From Octopus vulgaris (Eukaryota), in contig OX597839.1 of NCBI GenBank assembly GCA_951406725.2, positions 19,096,001-19,160,000 on the forward strand: 64,000 bases of DNA, read 5' to 3'. Position 1 is the first letter of the stretch. The number at the start of each line of letters is the position of its first letter. The translations under genes were made by a program, and so were the position numbers. Below are positions 1-13,755 of the stretch, piece after piece. The notes beneath the pieces are model-generated. The model was not told the DNA's origin, searched no databases, and worked only from the letters and a program-made list of their open reading frames with translations.

Positions 1-124
1 CCACTGACACCAAAATTATTAACCAATAGAATTACCAGCTTCACGAATATCACCGAGAAACCACATCTTCCAATACAACCATCAACAATGTCGCCTTATA
101 ATCACCAGCTCCACAACGACAGAA

Positions 125-195
125 TGTTTGTTTGTATATATGTATGTATGTATGTATGCATGTATGCATCTATCCATCTATCTCACTCTGTCTCT

Positions 196-234
<39 letters not shown>

Positions 235-295
235 CCTACCTACCTACCTACCTACCTACCTACCTACCTACCTACCTACCTACCTACCTACCTAC

Positions 296-326
<31 letters not shown>

Positions 327-495
327 CCTATATATCTATCTATCTATCTATCTATCTATCTCTATGTCTCTACCTCACTCTCTCTCTCTCTCTATCTATT
401 TACCTCACTGTCTATCTCTCTTTCTCTCTCTCTCTCTCTATCTCTCTCTATCTATCTATTTCTTCCACCCTCTTTCTGTCAATCTATCTCTCCAT
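125..495. repeat. Compound microsatellite (TATG)n-(TATC)n-(TACC)n-(TC)n
   Basis: Directly visible tandem runs; they explain the overlapping low-complexity ORFs. Confidence 0.95.
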
Positions 496-697
496 CTAAA
501 TAGCTGAATACACACACTAGTGAGTGACCGTGTTTGTAACTGTCTACACATAAACAAAAACACATAAACACACACACACATTGCACACGCACTCATCCAT
601 ACTTAGCAGATTTATTCACTGAGATATATTGTGTTAATTCACGTTATACATACTTCAACAGACAAGCAAAGTATACAGACACACCATCACACTTCAC

Positions 698-735
<38 letters not shown>

Positions 736-820
736 TGTATATGTAATCGGGGCCTGTATATCTTATAATAGGAGTCATTTATCAAATAGTTTGACATATC
801 TGATATTGTCATGTGGGAGA

Positions 821-875
<55 letters not shown>

Positions 876-1339
876 AAAACGAACAGATAGCTAGATAGAT
901 ACATATAGATAGATACATAGATAAAGAGATAGATAGATATAGATAGATACATACATATATATGTATATATGTATTTATGTACATATATGCATATTATATA
1001 TATGTATATATATATATGTTTATATATACATATATGTATATACATGTATATATATATATATATACATATGTATAGATACGTTTATATATACATATATGTA
1101 TATACTTGTATATATATATACATATATGTATAGACATACACATATGTATATACATATATATATGTATAGACAAACATATGTATATTCATATATATATATG
1201 TATATACATATATATATGTATATATAAACATTGAGAGAGAGAGAGGTCTACGAAACGTGAATAGATGATTTTGAACTAGTACCACCAGGGGTATTTTGTA
1301 CAACATACAGACCTACAGCAACCACAATAATACCATCAA

Positions 1340-2235
1340 TATCAATATGATAATGATGATGATGATGATGATGATGATCATCATCATCACCATTAATGAT
1401 GACAACAGAAACCGCAGCCGCATCGATTTTGGCCTGATGATGGGCATGATAAATGATGATGATGACGATGTTTACGATGTTAATAATGCCAGTGGTGGTC
1501 GTGGTGGCGTGGCAGTGGCTCTGGTAATGGTAGGCGTCAGGTTGATGATAATACTGTTGCTGCTCTTGATGATGATCATCGTCAGCATCATCATAAACAT
1601 CGTCGTCATTTCTAGCAACATCACCAGTACCAGTGCCATCCCCTCTCCACCATCACCACTACCACCATAATCATCATAATCATCCTCTTTATCGTTATCC
1701 CCCCCATCATCACCGGAACCATCGTCACATCATGCCAACCACCACCACCACCACCACCACTATCCCTAGCACTACCATCTGCAGTTCTACCACTAACACC
1801 TTCACCTCAACCACCATCAAAACCACCACCACCATCATCATCATTATCATCATAATCGCCACTTTCGTCATCATCATGGTGACCATCTCCATGGTCATCA
1901 CCGCCATTGTCGTCGACATCGTCATCATCATCATCGCCTCCATTGTCGTCGACATTATCATCATCGTTATCGCCGCCATTGTCGTTGACATCATCATCAT
2001 CGTCATCATCATCATCACCGTCATTGTCGTCATCATCGTCATCATCATCATCATCATCACCGTCATTGTCGTCATCATCATCATCATCATCATCATCGTA
2101 GCCATTGTCGTTGCCATTATCATCACCATCATCACCGTCATAATCGTCAATATCATCATCATCATCATCATTACGAAATTCAGTATCGTCGCCCTCGTCA
2201 TCATCATCACCATCACCATCCCTGTCGTCATCAGT
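1340..2235. repeat. Degenerate trinucleotide tract (ATG/ATC/CAC/GTC)n
   Basis: ATC-family repeat; poly-I/D/M/S ORFs are read-through. Confidence 0.9.
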
Positions 2236-2539
2236 GATATCCATAACATATGGCATTGAATGAATTTCTAAAAAGGAACTTGTTTGATCGCCTATAAACG
2301 TTAGTGTCATGGACATCTGTGTATGCTCGCGCGTGGGCAGGACGTATATATTAATGGTGTGAATATGCGTCCGCAAGCTTTCCACACTACGTACGCTAGT
2401 TTATACTCAGAGATCCAAACATGCACACTGACATTCACATATCCCCCAGCGCACATATATCTGTACACACACACACACACACACACACTATATTTACTCA
2501 AACACACACAGACGCATGTGCATACATGTATATATGTGT

Positions 2540-2588
<49 letters not shown>

Positions 2589-2657
2589 GAAACACACACA
2601 CACAAACACAGTGCCATACACACAGGCAGATATATGCATAACTATATATACATACAT

Positions 2658-2712
<55 letters not shown>

Positions 2713-3443
2713 TACATATATATATATACACGCGTGCGTTAATGAACATATATTTCAGTATATATTCATGTATGTATATATGCGTGTTTGTGTGTGTGTG
2801 TTCCAAAATATCTGACAAGTGAAAAGGAAAACCAATATACGGCCTTATCACAGTCTACGTTATTTATCTGGTGTAACATATAGCGTTGTTGTTGGCACAG
2901 TATTGGCAGTGGTTGCGGCGGTGGTATATAGCTGAAAGTCATGGCTGCGGTGGTAGCGGTGCCGGTGATGGTAGCGACAAACATAAACCAAAAAATGTAA
3001 AAAAAAAGGTCAAAAACCCCTCCAAAGCACACAAAAAACAACCAACAAAAGGCAAGTTATTCTGTATAAGGACGTCTAAATCTGTTTCTGTATAAACAAA
3101 CACATTCCTTTATGAGAATAAGCTGATTAAATATCAAGGCAATACGTGATTAAGAATCTCATTCTTAACCACTGTATGTGTGTAGGGACACTCACTCACT
3201 CACTCGCTCATTCTCTCTTCTTCTATGCCTCTTGCTCTCCCTCTTTCTGTATCTCATATACACATCATAGCAACACGTAAATACACATTCACGCATATTT
3301 ATATATAATCGCCAGAAGCTAAGTTTTTAGTAGTTGCCGTGGAATTGAATCAGCGACCCAGGTCGCAGTATTGTGACAAATACGTTGACACCTCTAAATA
3401 TACATGGAAAAAAATGGTGCAATAATTTTAGGTACGTTTATAA

Positions 3444-3933
3444 GGCGACGAGCTGGCAGAAACGTTAGCACGCCGGGCGAAATGCGTAGCAGTATTTCGT
3501 TACGTTCTGAGTTCAAATTCCGCCGAGGTCGACTTTGCCTTCATCCTTTCGGGGTCGATAAATTATGTACCAGTTACGCACCGGGGTCGCTGTAATCGAC
3601 TTTATTAGTTTGTCTGTCCTTGTTTGTCCCCTCTGTGTTTAGCCCCTTGTGGGTAGTGAAGAAATACGTATTTCGTCTGCTGTTACGTTCTGAGTTCAAA
3701 ATTCCGCCGAGATCGACTTTGCCTTTCATCCTTTCGGAGTCGATTAAATAAGTACCAGTTACGCACTGGGGTCGATATAATCGACTTAATCCGTTTGTCT
3801 GTCCTTGTTTGCACTCTCTGTGTTTAGCCCCTTGTGTGTAGTAAAGAAATAGGTATTTCGCCGAGGTCGACTTTACTTTTTATCCTTTTGGGGTCGATAA
3901 AATAAGTACCTGTTGAGCACTGTGGTCGATGTA
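3444..3933 (+). mobile_element. tRNA-derived SINE family A, head-to-tail multimer (~2.5 units)
   Basis: Head GGCGACGAGCTGGCAGAAACGTTAG (A-box-like), GAGTTCAAATTCC (B-box-like), core GCCTTTCATCCTTTCGGGGTCGATAAATTA; body restarts at 3667 and 3852. Confidence 0.85.
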
Positions 3934-4372
3934 TACACACTGTCATATATATACACAGACAGACAAATACACACACATAAATATACAGAGACAAATGTTA
4001 GTTGAACATACAGCTTTATATGTGTTTATAGAATTATGTAGGATTATTCATCTATACAAACCCATGCACAGAAGCATTTACAGTCACACACAAACATACA
4101 CGTGAATATTTATATATATAAACACACCTACACACACATATCGAGTAGAATATCCTCGCCAGAAGGTTGGTTGCCTCTGCTCCATCATATTAAGCGTTGT
4201 TTATCCTGTAAAAATCTGTACAAACAGATCACTAAATATTTACGAAAATCCGCTTCAAAGTCCTTCAGACTCAGTTGATGCAGCTGCAGGTATCTTCACC
4301 CTCTTTATTGTTTTAGTGCGGTTTTTATTATCGAATTACGGCTTGCAAATTGCGTTCTTCACATGTATGCGA

Positions 4373-4403
<31 letters not shown>

Positions 4404-4578
4404 TGTATGTATGTATGTATGCGTGTGTATGTATGGATGCGTGTGTACGTATGTATGGATGCGTGTATACGCATGTATGTATGTATGGATGGATGGATGG
4501 ATGGATGCGTGTGTATGTATGCATGTGTATGTATGTATGGATGGATGGATGGATGCATGTATTTTTGCATGTTGCATG

Positions 4579-4632
<54 letters not shown>

Positions 4633-4909
4633 ATAGAGGGCATTATTACACATAAATGCCAAACGCTAGGAGGGACTTACAAAGTCATTACTACCAAAAA
4701 TAAACGAATCGTACCGAATGCAGCTCTCGAAGCGAGACATTTAGAAACAGAATTTAGTTGCAGATCACCTGTGATTTCGCAATTAACGTATTATCTACGT
4801 CTTTTGTTTATTTTTTTCTCTCATGAGGTTTTTCCCGCTAACTACCTGATAATTTCTAGTTAAGATTTCTTATTAAGATTTTATCCTTAATTGTTATATA
4901 TATATATAT

Positions 4910-5545
4910 TGTGAAAATAATAAGGGTAGAAAATTTAGAAAAATTAACATAATTGTGGCTAGCATGGAAATAAAGTTAATAGACAACATATTTTCATATA
5001 TAATTATGTGCAAACAATTTACGTATTTATCCACGAAAGAGGTTACCTTTAACAGGACACCTCACATGCTACAAAGGGCAGTAAAAATTCAAACCACGAA
5101 TTAAAGTAATTGCAAAGAGAATGAAAATAAAAAATATTTTTGTAGTTAACCCCAGACTCGAGTTTCCGTACCTCTTCAGTGACGGCGCTAAAATTAATGC
5201 ATATTTATGCAGCAAATAGTAACGAATATACACGTGCTACATACTTATACATTATAATATTCAAATCTACCGCGCAAGTGCAGTTACATTCGGTAGCAAA
5301 TAATAATAAAATCAATTAAAACTGCGAACCAGAAAGGCTTTGAAACTACAAAAATTTTACTGTGAAAATAATAAGGGTAGAAAATTTAGAAAAATTTTCA
5401 TACCGGTGGCTAGCATGCACGTATTTTTTATTTTCATTTCCTTTGAAATTGTCCTTACCCGTGGTTTGGGCTTTAACTGCCCTTTCTAGCATGTAAGATG
5501 TCCTGTTAAAGGTCACCTCTTTCATGTATAAATACGTAAATTGAT
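4910..5545. mobile_element. (TA)n-adjacent fold-back element with hammerhead-like motif (putative PLE pseudo-LTR remnant)
   Basis: Direct repeat at 4910 and 5361 (TGTGAAAATAATAAGGGTAGAAAATTTAGAAAAATT); ~120-bp imperfect inverted repeat ~5015-5137 / ~5421-5543. Confidence 0.6.
5152..5182 (-). ncRNA. Type I hammerhead ribozyme-like motif (stem II decayed)
   Basis: Minus strand UCA-CUGAAGA-GGUACG-GAAA-C-UCGA-GUC-UGG: canonical core, palindromic stem III, GUC site. Confidence 0.55.
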
Positions 5546-5552
5546 TGGACAC

Positions 5553-5621
<69 letters not shown>

Positions 5622-5733
5622 AGACTTTGGTCAAACCGAGACTGCAGTTGAAGACTCTTACCGAAGGTGTCACGCAGTGGGACTGAAACCGGAACCATGT
5701 GGTTGGGAAGCAAGATTCTTACCACACGACTAC

Positions 5734-5782
<49 letters not shown>

Positions 5783-6000
5783 CATATATGTGTGTGTGTA
5801 TATATATGTATGTATGTATGTATGTGTGTGTGTGTGTATGTATGCACTATATTTTTATTTCAGTGGTACGACTAATGAACAGGTCACGTGTCTTAACAGC
5901 TTTTAGGGATGAAAGTACTCTACACCGCTAATTATCTTCTACTACAATAGAATTTTTTTCTGTTTGAATGTATGTATGCACATATATATATATGTGTATA

Positions 6001-6068
<68 letters not shown>

Positions 6069-6190
6069 TAGATAGATAGATGGATAGAGAGACAGATATA
6101 TGTTACATAGTATATAGAGAAGCTTTGTAGCTTTCACGGATATAAAAAAATGACTTAGTAGCATCACTCTCTCTCTCTCCACCCCCACCC

Positions 6191-6238
<48 letters not shown>

Positions 6239-6559
6239 TCACAACAAGTAAAATTTATCTGCAAATAGAAAGAACTGATAATCAAGGAAATATAATTGAT
6301 TACCGACAGATTTTGTACAAAAAAAAAAGAATCTTTGTAATCGTACTTCTCCTTAATTAAATATGAAAGTTTGAAAATTGTGAAAACCTCAAATGAAACA
6401 ACGTTTCAAAAATGTTCTTTAAAAAACGGGCTTCATTGAGGAATGTTTACCTTATTTTAAGAGATGTATGCTGCACCGTAGAAGGTATATGAGCAAGATT
6501 TGAAATATGTAGGACATGGGCGGTTTGTTGGCAGAATGACGTGGCTCTGACTGGATGGG

Positions 6560-6800
6560 GCTGGGCCCATTCCAAAAAAGTGGTCCCAGAGGTGTCATCA
6601 TGCGAAGAGCTGACCACGACCATCCTGTGCTATAAATCGCTGGCTGTGCCGTGCCAGTTCCTTTGCCTCCTACAAGGTGGCGTTGAGCCTCTGGAGATCT
6701 TCCCCAACCACGTCCAGCTATCTGCTGTGGGGTCTTTCACGAGGTACCTCTCAGCCCGCAGAAACCTTTATCCGCAGTTTGTCCAGCTTTACGTAATGTG
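6560..6800 (-). pseudogene. Degraded RTE-type LINE ORF C-terminus
   Basis: Minus strand reads PRERPHSR*LDVVGEDLQRLNATL*EAKELA, resembling the RTE terminal motif RPRGRP..RW.D.V..DL. Confidence 0.45.
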
Positions 6801-7249
6801 TTCAAGTCACACCGATTTCGATTTTGCAATTTATTAGTTCAGGACCAATAATACAAGTACATATTGAACACTGAGATCGATACAGTCGACCAATACCGAA
6901 ACTCTCAGGCCTCGCACCTGCAGCAGAAAGAATATTGTATTGAAAAAAAGCCCATCGTATATATATATATATAACAATTGAAAGAAGCCCGTCGTATATA
7001 TGTATATATATATGTGTGTGTGTATGTTTGTGTGTCTGTGTTTGTCCCCCTAGCATTGCTTGACAACCGATGCTGCTGTGTTTATGTCCCCGTCACTTAG
7101 CAGTTCAGCAAAAGGGTCCGATAGAATAAGTACTGGGCTTACAAAGAATAAGTCCCGGGATTGAGGTGCTCGATTAAAGGCGGTGCTCCAGCATGGCCGC
7201 AGTCAAATGACTGAAAAGAGTAAAAGAGAGTATGTATATATATATGTGT

Positions 7250-7281
<32 letters not shown>

Positions 7282-7617
7282 TTGTGTCTGTGTTTGTCCC
7301 CACCACATCGCTTGACAACATAATTTAGGACATGAAAATTGGTTTATATTTTTTGTGGAATCCCATCGTTAATAACCACAGAAAATATATGTAGGGATTG
7401 TAGTTTCTCTTATATTCTTTCGTTCTTTTACTAGTTTCAGTCATTTGACTGTGGCCATGCTGGAGCCCCGCCTTTGGTCGAACGAACCGACTCTAGGGTT
7501 TACTCTTTGTGAGACTAGCACTTATTCTATCGGTCTCCCTTTTGGCCAACTGCTAAGTTGGTTTGTACCGACATCGGTTGTGAAGCGATGGTGGGTGACA
7601 AACACAGACACACAAAT

Positions 7618-7659
<42 letters not shown>

Positions 7660-8604
7660 GTGCCCCAGCATGGCCACAGCTCGTGAGCTGAAACTAGATA
7701 AAATGAAAATAAATGAATATATATATATATATATATATATATGTAATACCTACATATATATGTATATATACATGCATATACGGGTACAGGACATTAAAAA
7801 AAACGTGGAAACAATGAGGAATGAAAACATTTAAAAAAACATAGGAAAAACGAACATTTTTCGAACAAAAAAACAAACAGAGAACCGAGACATGCAAGAT
7901 AGAGAACATTCTCTTCATCAGTTGTCCCTGTTTCATCTCCACGTTTCGGAGATTCTTTGAGTTTCCGTCTACCAAATCCACTCAAAAGGCTTTGGTTGGA
8001 CCAGGGCTATAGTAGATGACACACGCCCGAGTTGCCATGCAGTGGAACTGAACCCAGAACCAAGCTTGTTGGGAAGCAAGCTTCTTACCACACGGACACG
8101 CCTCTGCCTATGTGTATGTGATTGTATATTTGATTGTGTTCGTTTGAATGACCTCAGATAATCGACTCATATACTACTATTTGTATAAGTACGGATGTAT
8201 ATATGTGTGGATATATATTTCTATAGATGTATATATGTATGGATGTACACACGTCTATACACAGACACACCCACACAAGAAAAGGGAGAAAGTCTAAACG
8301 TTTATTCATGCGTTAACACAACCGCTGTATATGTGAGTATATATATATATATATATATATGCATACATACGCACACACAAACACAAATCACACACATAAA
8401 CAAATACATATATGTATGTACGTAGATATAGACACACGCACACATATTTATATACACATATATACGTATATATATATACATCCATGTATATATATATATA
8501 TGCATGTGTATATATATATGCATGTGTATATATATATGCATGTGTATATATATATGCATGTGTATATATATATGCATGTATATATATATATATGCATGTA
8601 TAAT

Positions 8605-8636
<32 letters not shown>

Positions 8637-9080
8637 ATATATATATATATATAAATGTAACCTCGCTGTTAAAGACATACAAATATACATAAACCCACGC
8701 CAACAGAAAGAATGAAATAAACATCGTCAGTTGATTTATTTCACAAAAGCTGTCTTCCTTGACTTTTACCAAACTGTAAACAATGGAAGATGTCTTGCCT
8801 TCATGAAAGAAAAACAACAGAGAAAACAGATTGGAAATGGACAGAATTAGCATTGGAAATTGTATTAGAAGAGGAAGTAGAAAAGAAGGAAAGGAAGACG
8901 GCAGCAGCAGCAGAAGATGTGAAAGAAAATGAGGTGAAAGTGAAAGTAGAAGTAGAAGGTCGCGATCAAATTTGGCGTATGAAAACACATCCAATGGGTC
9001 AAACTATGCAATCCCAGTCCCGTGGGGTTTCTGGTGGGGTTACCAAGGCAGTATGTAACAGATTATTTAAGAAAATTTAA

Positions 9081-9312
9081 GGCGGTGATCTGGCAGAACC
9101 GTTAGCACGCTGGGCCAAATGCGTAGCCGTATTTTGTCTGCCGTTACGTTCTGAGTTCAAATTCTGCCGAGGACGACTTTGCCTTTCATCCTTTCGGAGT
9201 CGATAAATTAAGTACCAGTTACGCACTGGGGTCGATGTAATCGACTTAATTCGTTTGTCCGTCCTTGTTTGCCCCCTCTATGTTTAGCCCCTATGGGTAG
9301 TAAAGAAATAAG
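9081..9312 (+). mobile_element. SINE family A, full-length monomer (tail type 1)
   Basis: Same head and core as 3444; ends AGCCCCTATGGGTAGTAAAGAAATA. Confidence 0.85.
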
Positions 9313-9439
9313 TATGTAACGGAATATTGCCGAATAGCTGTTCAAAATTTATAAAAAAGGCAAAAATCAACTCACGACCGATCCAAAAGTTGTCCAGTAG
9401 ATTCCAACATAATCCGCGTCTGCCTCCTCCTCCTCCTTT

Positions 9440-9480
<41 letters not shown>

Positions 9481-9716
9481 GTAATAAGCATGTTTTCAAA
9501 TTTTGGCACAAAGACAGCAGGTTGTGGGAGGTTGTAAGTCTGCTATATCGATCCCACTGTTCAACTGGAACTTATTTTATCGACCCCGAAAAGTGAAAGG
9601 CAATGTCGACCGCATAATAATAATAATAATAATAACAATAATAATAATAATAATAATAATAATAGTAATAATAATAATAATAATAATAATATTAATAATA
9701 ATAATAATAATAATAA

Positions 9717-9747
<31 letters not shown>

Positions 9748-10084
9748 AAGAAGAAGAAGAAGAAGAAGAGAATTAGCATATCCCTCCATCACATGACTTT
9801 GTAAATAAAAAACCTGGTGTGTTTATTTTAATGGCCTACCAATGTATACAGTGCGATTCTCTGCCCTACGTGTCAGGAAGACACCCAGCAAGAAATGGCA
9901 ACAGAACTTTAAGATGATGATAATGAAAATGATAATAATAATGATATTAATAATAATGTTTTGTGTATTAACCACCAAGGCTTCACTAAATCACCGAAGA
10001 CGCTGCAGGACTAAACAGTTTGGGAATACAGAGCAAAACACGTAGAAAACAACATAATGGAAATAGAAACAAAAAGAAGAAACC

Positions 10085-10280
10085 CTACACACAGAGGGGA
10101 TAAACAAGGACAGGCAAAGGGATAAGTCAATTATCTCGACCCCAATGCGTAACTGGTACTTATTTAGTCGCTCCCGAAAGGATGAAAGGCAAAGTCGACC
10201 TCAGCGGAATTTGAACTCAGAACGTACCGCAGACGAAATACCGCTAAGCATTACGCTAGCGTTTCACCCACTTCGCCGCC
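10085..10280 (-). mobile_element. SINE family A copy
   Basis: Reverse complement of family A head, core and most of the tail. Confidence 0.8.
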
Positions 10281-10885
10281 TTAAATCTCTTTGCTTTGAT
10301 ATCACTGTTTTTCCATCCTGTCTTTTAATTTCGGAAGAGGTACTAACATCCGAAACGTCACCAAAAATCTCTTAGCGTTTAATTCCATTCAAGCGGTAAA
10401 AAACAACTTATTGATCGCATTGTAGACTTTCTGAAACTGTATGCTTGCGTGTGTGTGCGTGTGTGTGTGTGAATTGTGTGCGTGTGTACGTGTGCGCGCG
10501 TGTGCTCGTGAGTGTGTGCGTGCGTGTGAGCGTGTTATATATTTCATATGCATGTTGTGTATACTTTATATAACACCGCCCCCCCAAAAAAAAAACCCAG
10601 ACAAAACATAAAAAAAGAAGCAAATAGAATTACTATTTATGCATTACTCACACATCACTCAAACAGATATGGAATCTGCAGGCACAAGGTGGCGCCACAT
10701 GTACTGCACGGTACAATAGTCGGGCTGTGGATTAGAAGTGTATGTGTGAGAGTAATTATCTCTGTACATCTGCAAATAGAACGCATTCAAGGTCGCAGAG
10801 GAGAAACGTATCAGCCTTTGTGAAGAGATTGATGATATCGTATCAGATATACAATATGGACGCCTGCTCTATTTGTGTGTGTGTG

Positions 10886-10926
<41 letters not shown>

Positions 10927-11113
10927 ATACACACACACACACATATATATCGCACAGAAAATCAGTTCATATCTTTGAATGCTCGAAAAAATTTATGTAT
11001 ACGCATATGCATAGGTGTATGCGTATGCCTGTATATATATGTGTGTGTGTGTGTGTACGTACATACACACATGCATAAATATATATATATATATATATAT
11101 ATAGCGTACGATT

Positions 11114-11486
11114 GGCTGTGTGGTAAGTAGCTTGCTTACCAACCACATGGTTCCGGGTTCAGTCCCACTGCGTGGCACCTTGGGCAAGTGTCTTCTACTA
11201 TAGCCTTGGGCCGACCAAAGCCTTGTGAGTGGATTTGGTAGACGGAAACTGAAAGAAGCCCGTCGTATATATGTATATATATGTGTGTGTGTGTATATGT
11301 TTGTGCCTCTGTGTTTGTCCCCCCAACATCGTTTGACAACCGATGCTGGTGTGTTTAGGTCCCCGTAAATTAGGGGTTCGGCAAAAGAGACTGATAGAAT
11401 AAGTACTAGACTTCCAAAGAATAAGTCCTGGGGTCGATTTGCTCGACTAAAGGCGGTGCTCCAGCATGGCCACAGTCAAATGACTG
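11114..11486 (+). mobile_element. tRNA-derived SINE family B with CORE-like motif and internal microsatellite
   Basis: GGCTGTGTGGTAAG...GGGTTCAGTCCC head; ACCTTGGGCAAGT resembles the CORE-SINE motif; internal (TA)/(TG); tail GGCGGTGCTCCAGCATGGCC.CAGTCAAATGACTG. About 20 whole or partial copies in the window. Confidence 0.85.
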
Positions 11487-11777
11487 TACATGTAAATTTT
11501 TACGCATAAATAGATACCAGTATACACGTATATAAATTTATATGAATCATATATGTACATATGTATATACGCATATGTGTGTGTGTGTGTGTGTGTATTT
11601 ATACAGATGTGTATACGGAAACATGGCACAATGTATATAGCTACACACAGGCATTCATGTATTTTAGTATACACACTTGCACATAAGTAAGGAAACGTGT
11701 GTATGACGTATGTCTATCATATGTATACAATATAAGCGCACACCTATTACGTGTACAGAAATATGTATATATATATA

Positions 11778-12178
11778 TTTTTTTCTAGTTTCAGCTCAGA
11801 GCTGCGGCCATGCTGATGCACCGCCGTTTTGTGCTACACTGTTATTACCACGAACCTCGTCTAATATGTGGCACTTGGTGAAGAATGGAGTTTGATACAG
11901 CTACTCTCATTTGCACCTCTTGCCGTGAGGTAGGTTCATCTGGGACTCTTGACAGGAAGATGTCCAGCTTTGATTTAAAAACTGCTACATCTTCTTTGTG
12001 CAAGTTTCTTAGACTCTTTGGGGGAATATTAAAAAGCTGTGGGCCCTTGAAACCCAGGCTGTTGCAGAAGCTGGTCCTGAAGCGTGATGGCATTGCTGGG
12101 ATCTTTGGCACTATGCAGTGTCGTCCCGTTCTAGCATTGGTGTAGCTTACAATGCCAAAATTTGGCACAATTCCTGAC
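11778..12178 (-). mobile_element. CR1/L2-group LINE, 5'-truncated 3' end (ORF2 C-terminus plus 3' UTR)
   Basis: Translation GPQLFN..PKSLRNL...FKSKLDIFLSRVPDEP...SNSILHQ is typical of CR1-group ORF2 ends; stop at 11845 then short UTR ending in an A-run. Confidence 0.75.
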
Positions 12179-12197
12179 CTCTGGCCGAAATCAGATC

Positions 12198-12405
12198 GCC
12201 ATGTTGATTCGTTAGTTACTGCACGCATTTTTTTTCTCTCCTTCTTTCCGTGTTTTTTTCTCTCTGTGTATCTTTCTGTTGAAGAGCGTAGGCTCGAAAC
12301 GTTAAAGACTTGTTTTATTTATATATCCTGAGCGCCATACTAATACAATTGTTTGTTTGTTTCCCACCTGCCTTCGTCTTTTGTCTATTTTCATAAATCT
12401 TCCCG

Positions 12406-12407
<2 letters not shown>
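12198..12407 (+). mobile_element. Short hammerhead-bearing element, family H1 (motif 12271-12308)
   Basis: TCTTT-CTGTTGA-A-GAGC-GTAG-GCTC-GAAA-CG-TT-AAAGA; homologous to 38967-39147 and 50287-50475; ends in (TA)n. Confidence 0.65.
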
Positions 12408-12444
<37 letters not shown>

Positions 12445-12663
12445 ATAATTAGTGTTTGATAGACTACGTGCATATGCCTATTTAAGCAGGCGTACACACC
12501 AACGCACGCATGCGCAAGGCCCTTCTATTACTATCTCCATGTTTAAATATATTTACATATGCCTCTTTCTACGTATATTCATATGTAGTTTTACATAATC
12601 ATTATTTAGACTCGTTTTATCTATCCATCTTTCTGAGTTTCTAGACACAGAGGTTATTTATAA

Positions 12664-12711
<48 letters not shown>

Positions 12712-12843
12712 GCATATACATAAATATATACATATGTACATGCATATAAAAATACGTCTGTACATACATATACATGTATACATACAAATATATATAATCT
12801 GCAGCTCTTGGTGGTGTACATACATATATATATATACAGGCAA

Positions 12844-12880
<37 letters not shown>

Positions 12881-13499
12881 TGTATGTGTGTGTATATATA
12901 TATAGGTAGATATACATTTGCATATTTCGACATGCTTATATGTGTGCTCATATGCATATTAACATGTATATACAAATGGATATATACATAAACATATATA
13001 TATATGGAGAGAGAGAGAGAGACAAACACACACACACACACTCACACACACATATATATGAGCATAAATAGGCTTATAGAAAATTAGATATACATGTAAG
13101 CAGATGTACATGAATAAAGATTGTAAGCCTCTTCCAAATATAATAAATCATTTAGGAATATAAGCTGAATATAATATATAATATTTTCTACAATGGAGTC
13201 AACTTCAATGAAACATTTAGTTGTTACATTAACGTATTAGTAAAGCAACAACTGGGTCTAAAGAAAACAGCTTTCTACGGAGCGCGAACACCAAAGCAGA
13301 GGTCAGAGATAACACAATATCACATGATTTTAGCCAACCAACCACAATTATGTAGAATCGATTGAGACTTAGCTATAGGTAACAGCAATGAAAATCTTTG
13401 TGAAAGAATAAGTGAATTGTAGCTTACGTCTGTGTGAGATGTCAGTGAGATAATAATAATAAAGATCTTGCGGCAGCCAAATATAATTCGAAGATTAAC

Positions 13500-13755
13500 A
13501 AGACCCGTCTGCTTAACAATAAATTCTAAAGAACAGCGAATATCTACAAAGTGGAAGTAATGTCCAAATGGGTTCCGAGGAAATGGAAACAGAAAATAGT
13601 TTCGTAATGATGTGTCAAGGTTGTTACAGAAATCATTTTTCAACCATAATTCACCTTCGCGAATAACGGGAAGAGAAACTCAACAGCATTGTCAAGATTC
13701 GTTTGGAAATTAAGAGAACAATGTGTTGACCATTTCACTATAGTCTGGTCGAATA
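13500..13755 (+). pseudogene. Degraded Penelope-like GIY-YIG endonuclease fragment
   Basis: Fragments NIYKVEV and FANNGKRNSTALSRFVWKLREQCVDHFTIVWS resemble PLE endonuclease motifs; stops and frameshifts present. Confidence 0.5.

Noticed and set aside
1633-2385. Hydrophobic poly-Ile and acidic poly-Asp ORFs
   Set aside because: Degenerate (ATC)n tract.
8790-9080. 96-aa Glu/Lys-rich ORF
   Set aside because: Purine-rich low-complexity sequence with no domain.
10332-10359. CGGAAGA-GG...CC-GAAA-CG-TC hammerhead-like string
   Set aside because: Core mutated and stem I does not pair; at most a decayed copy.
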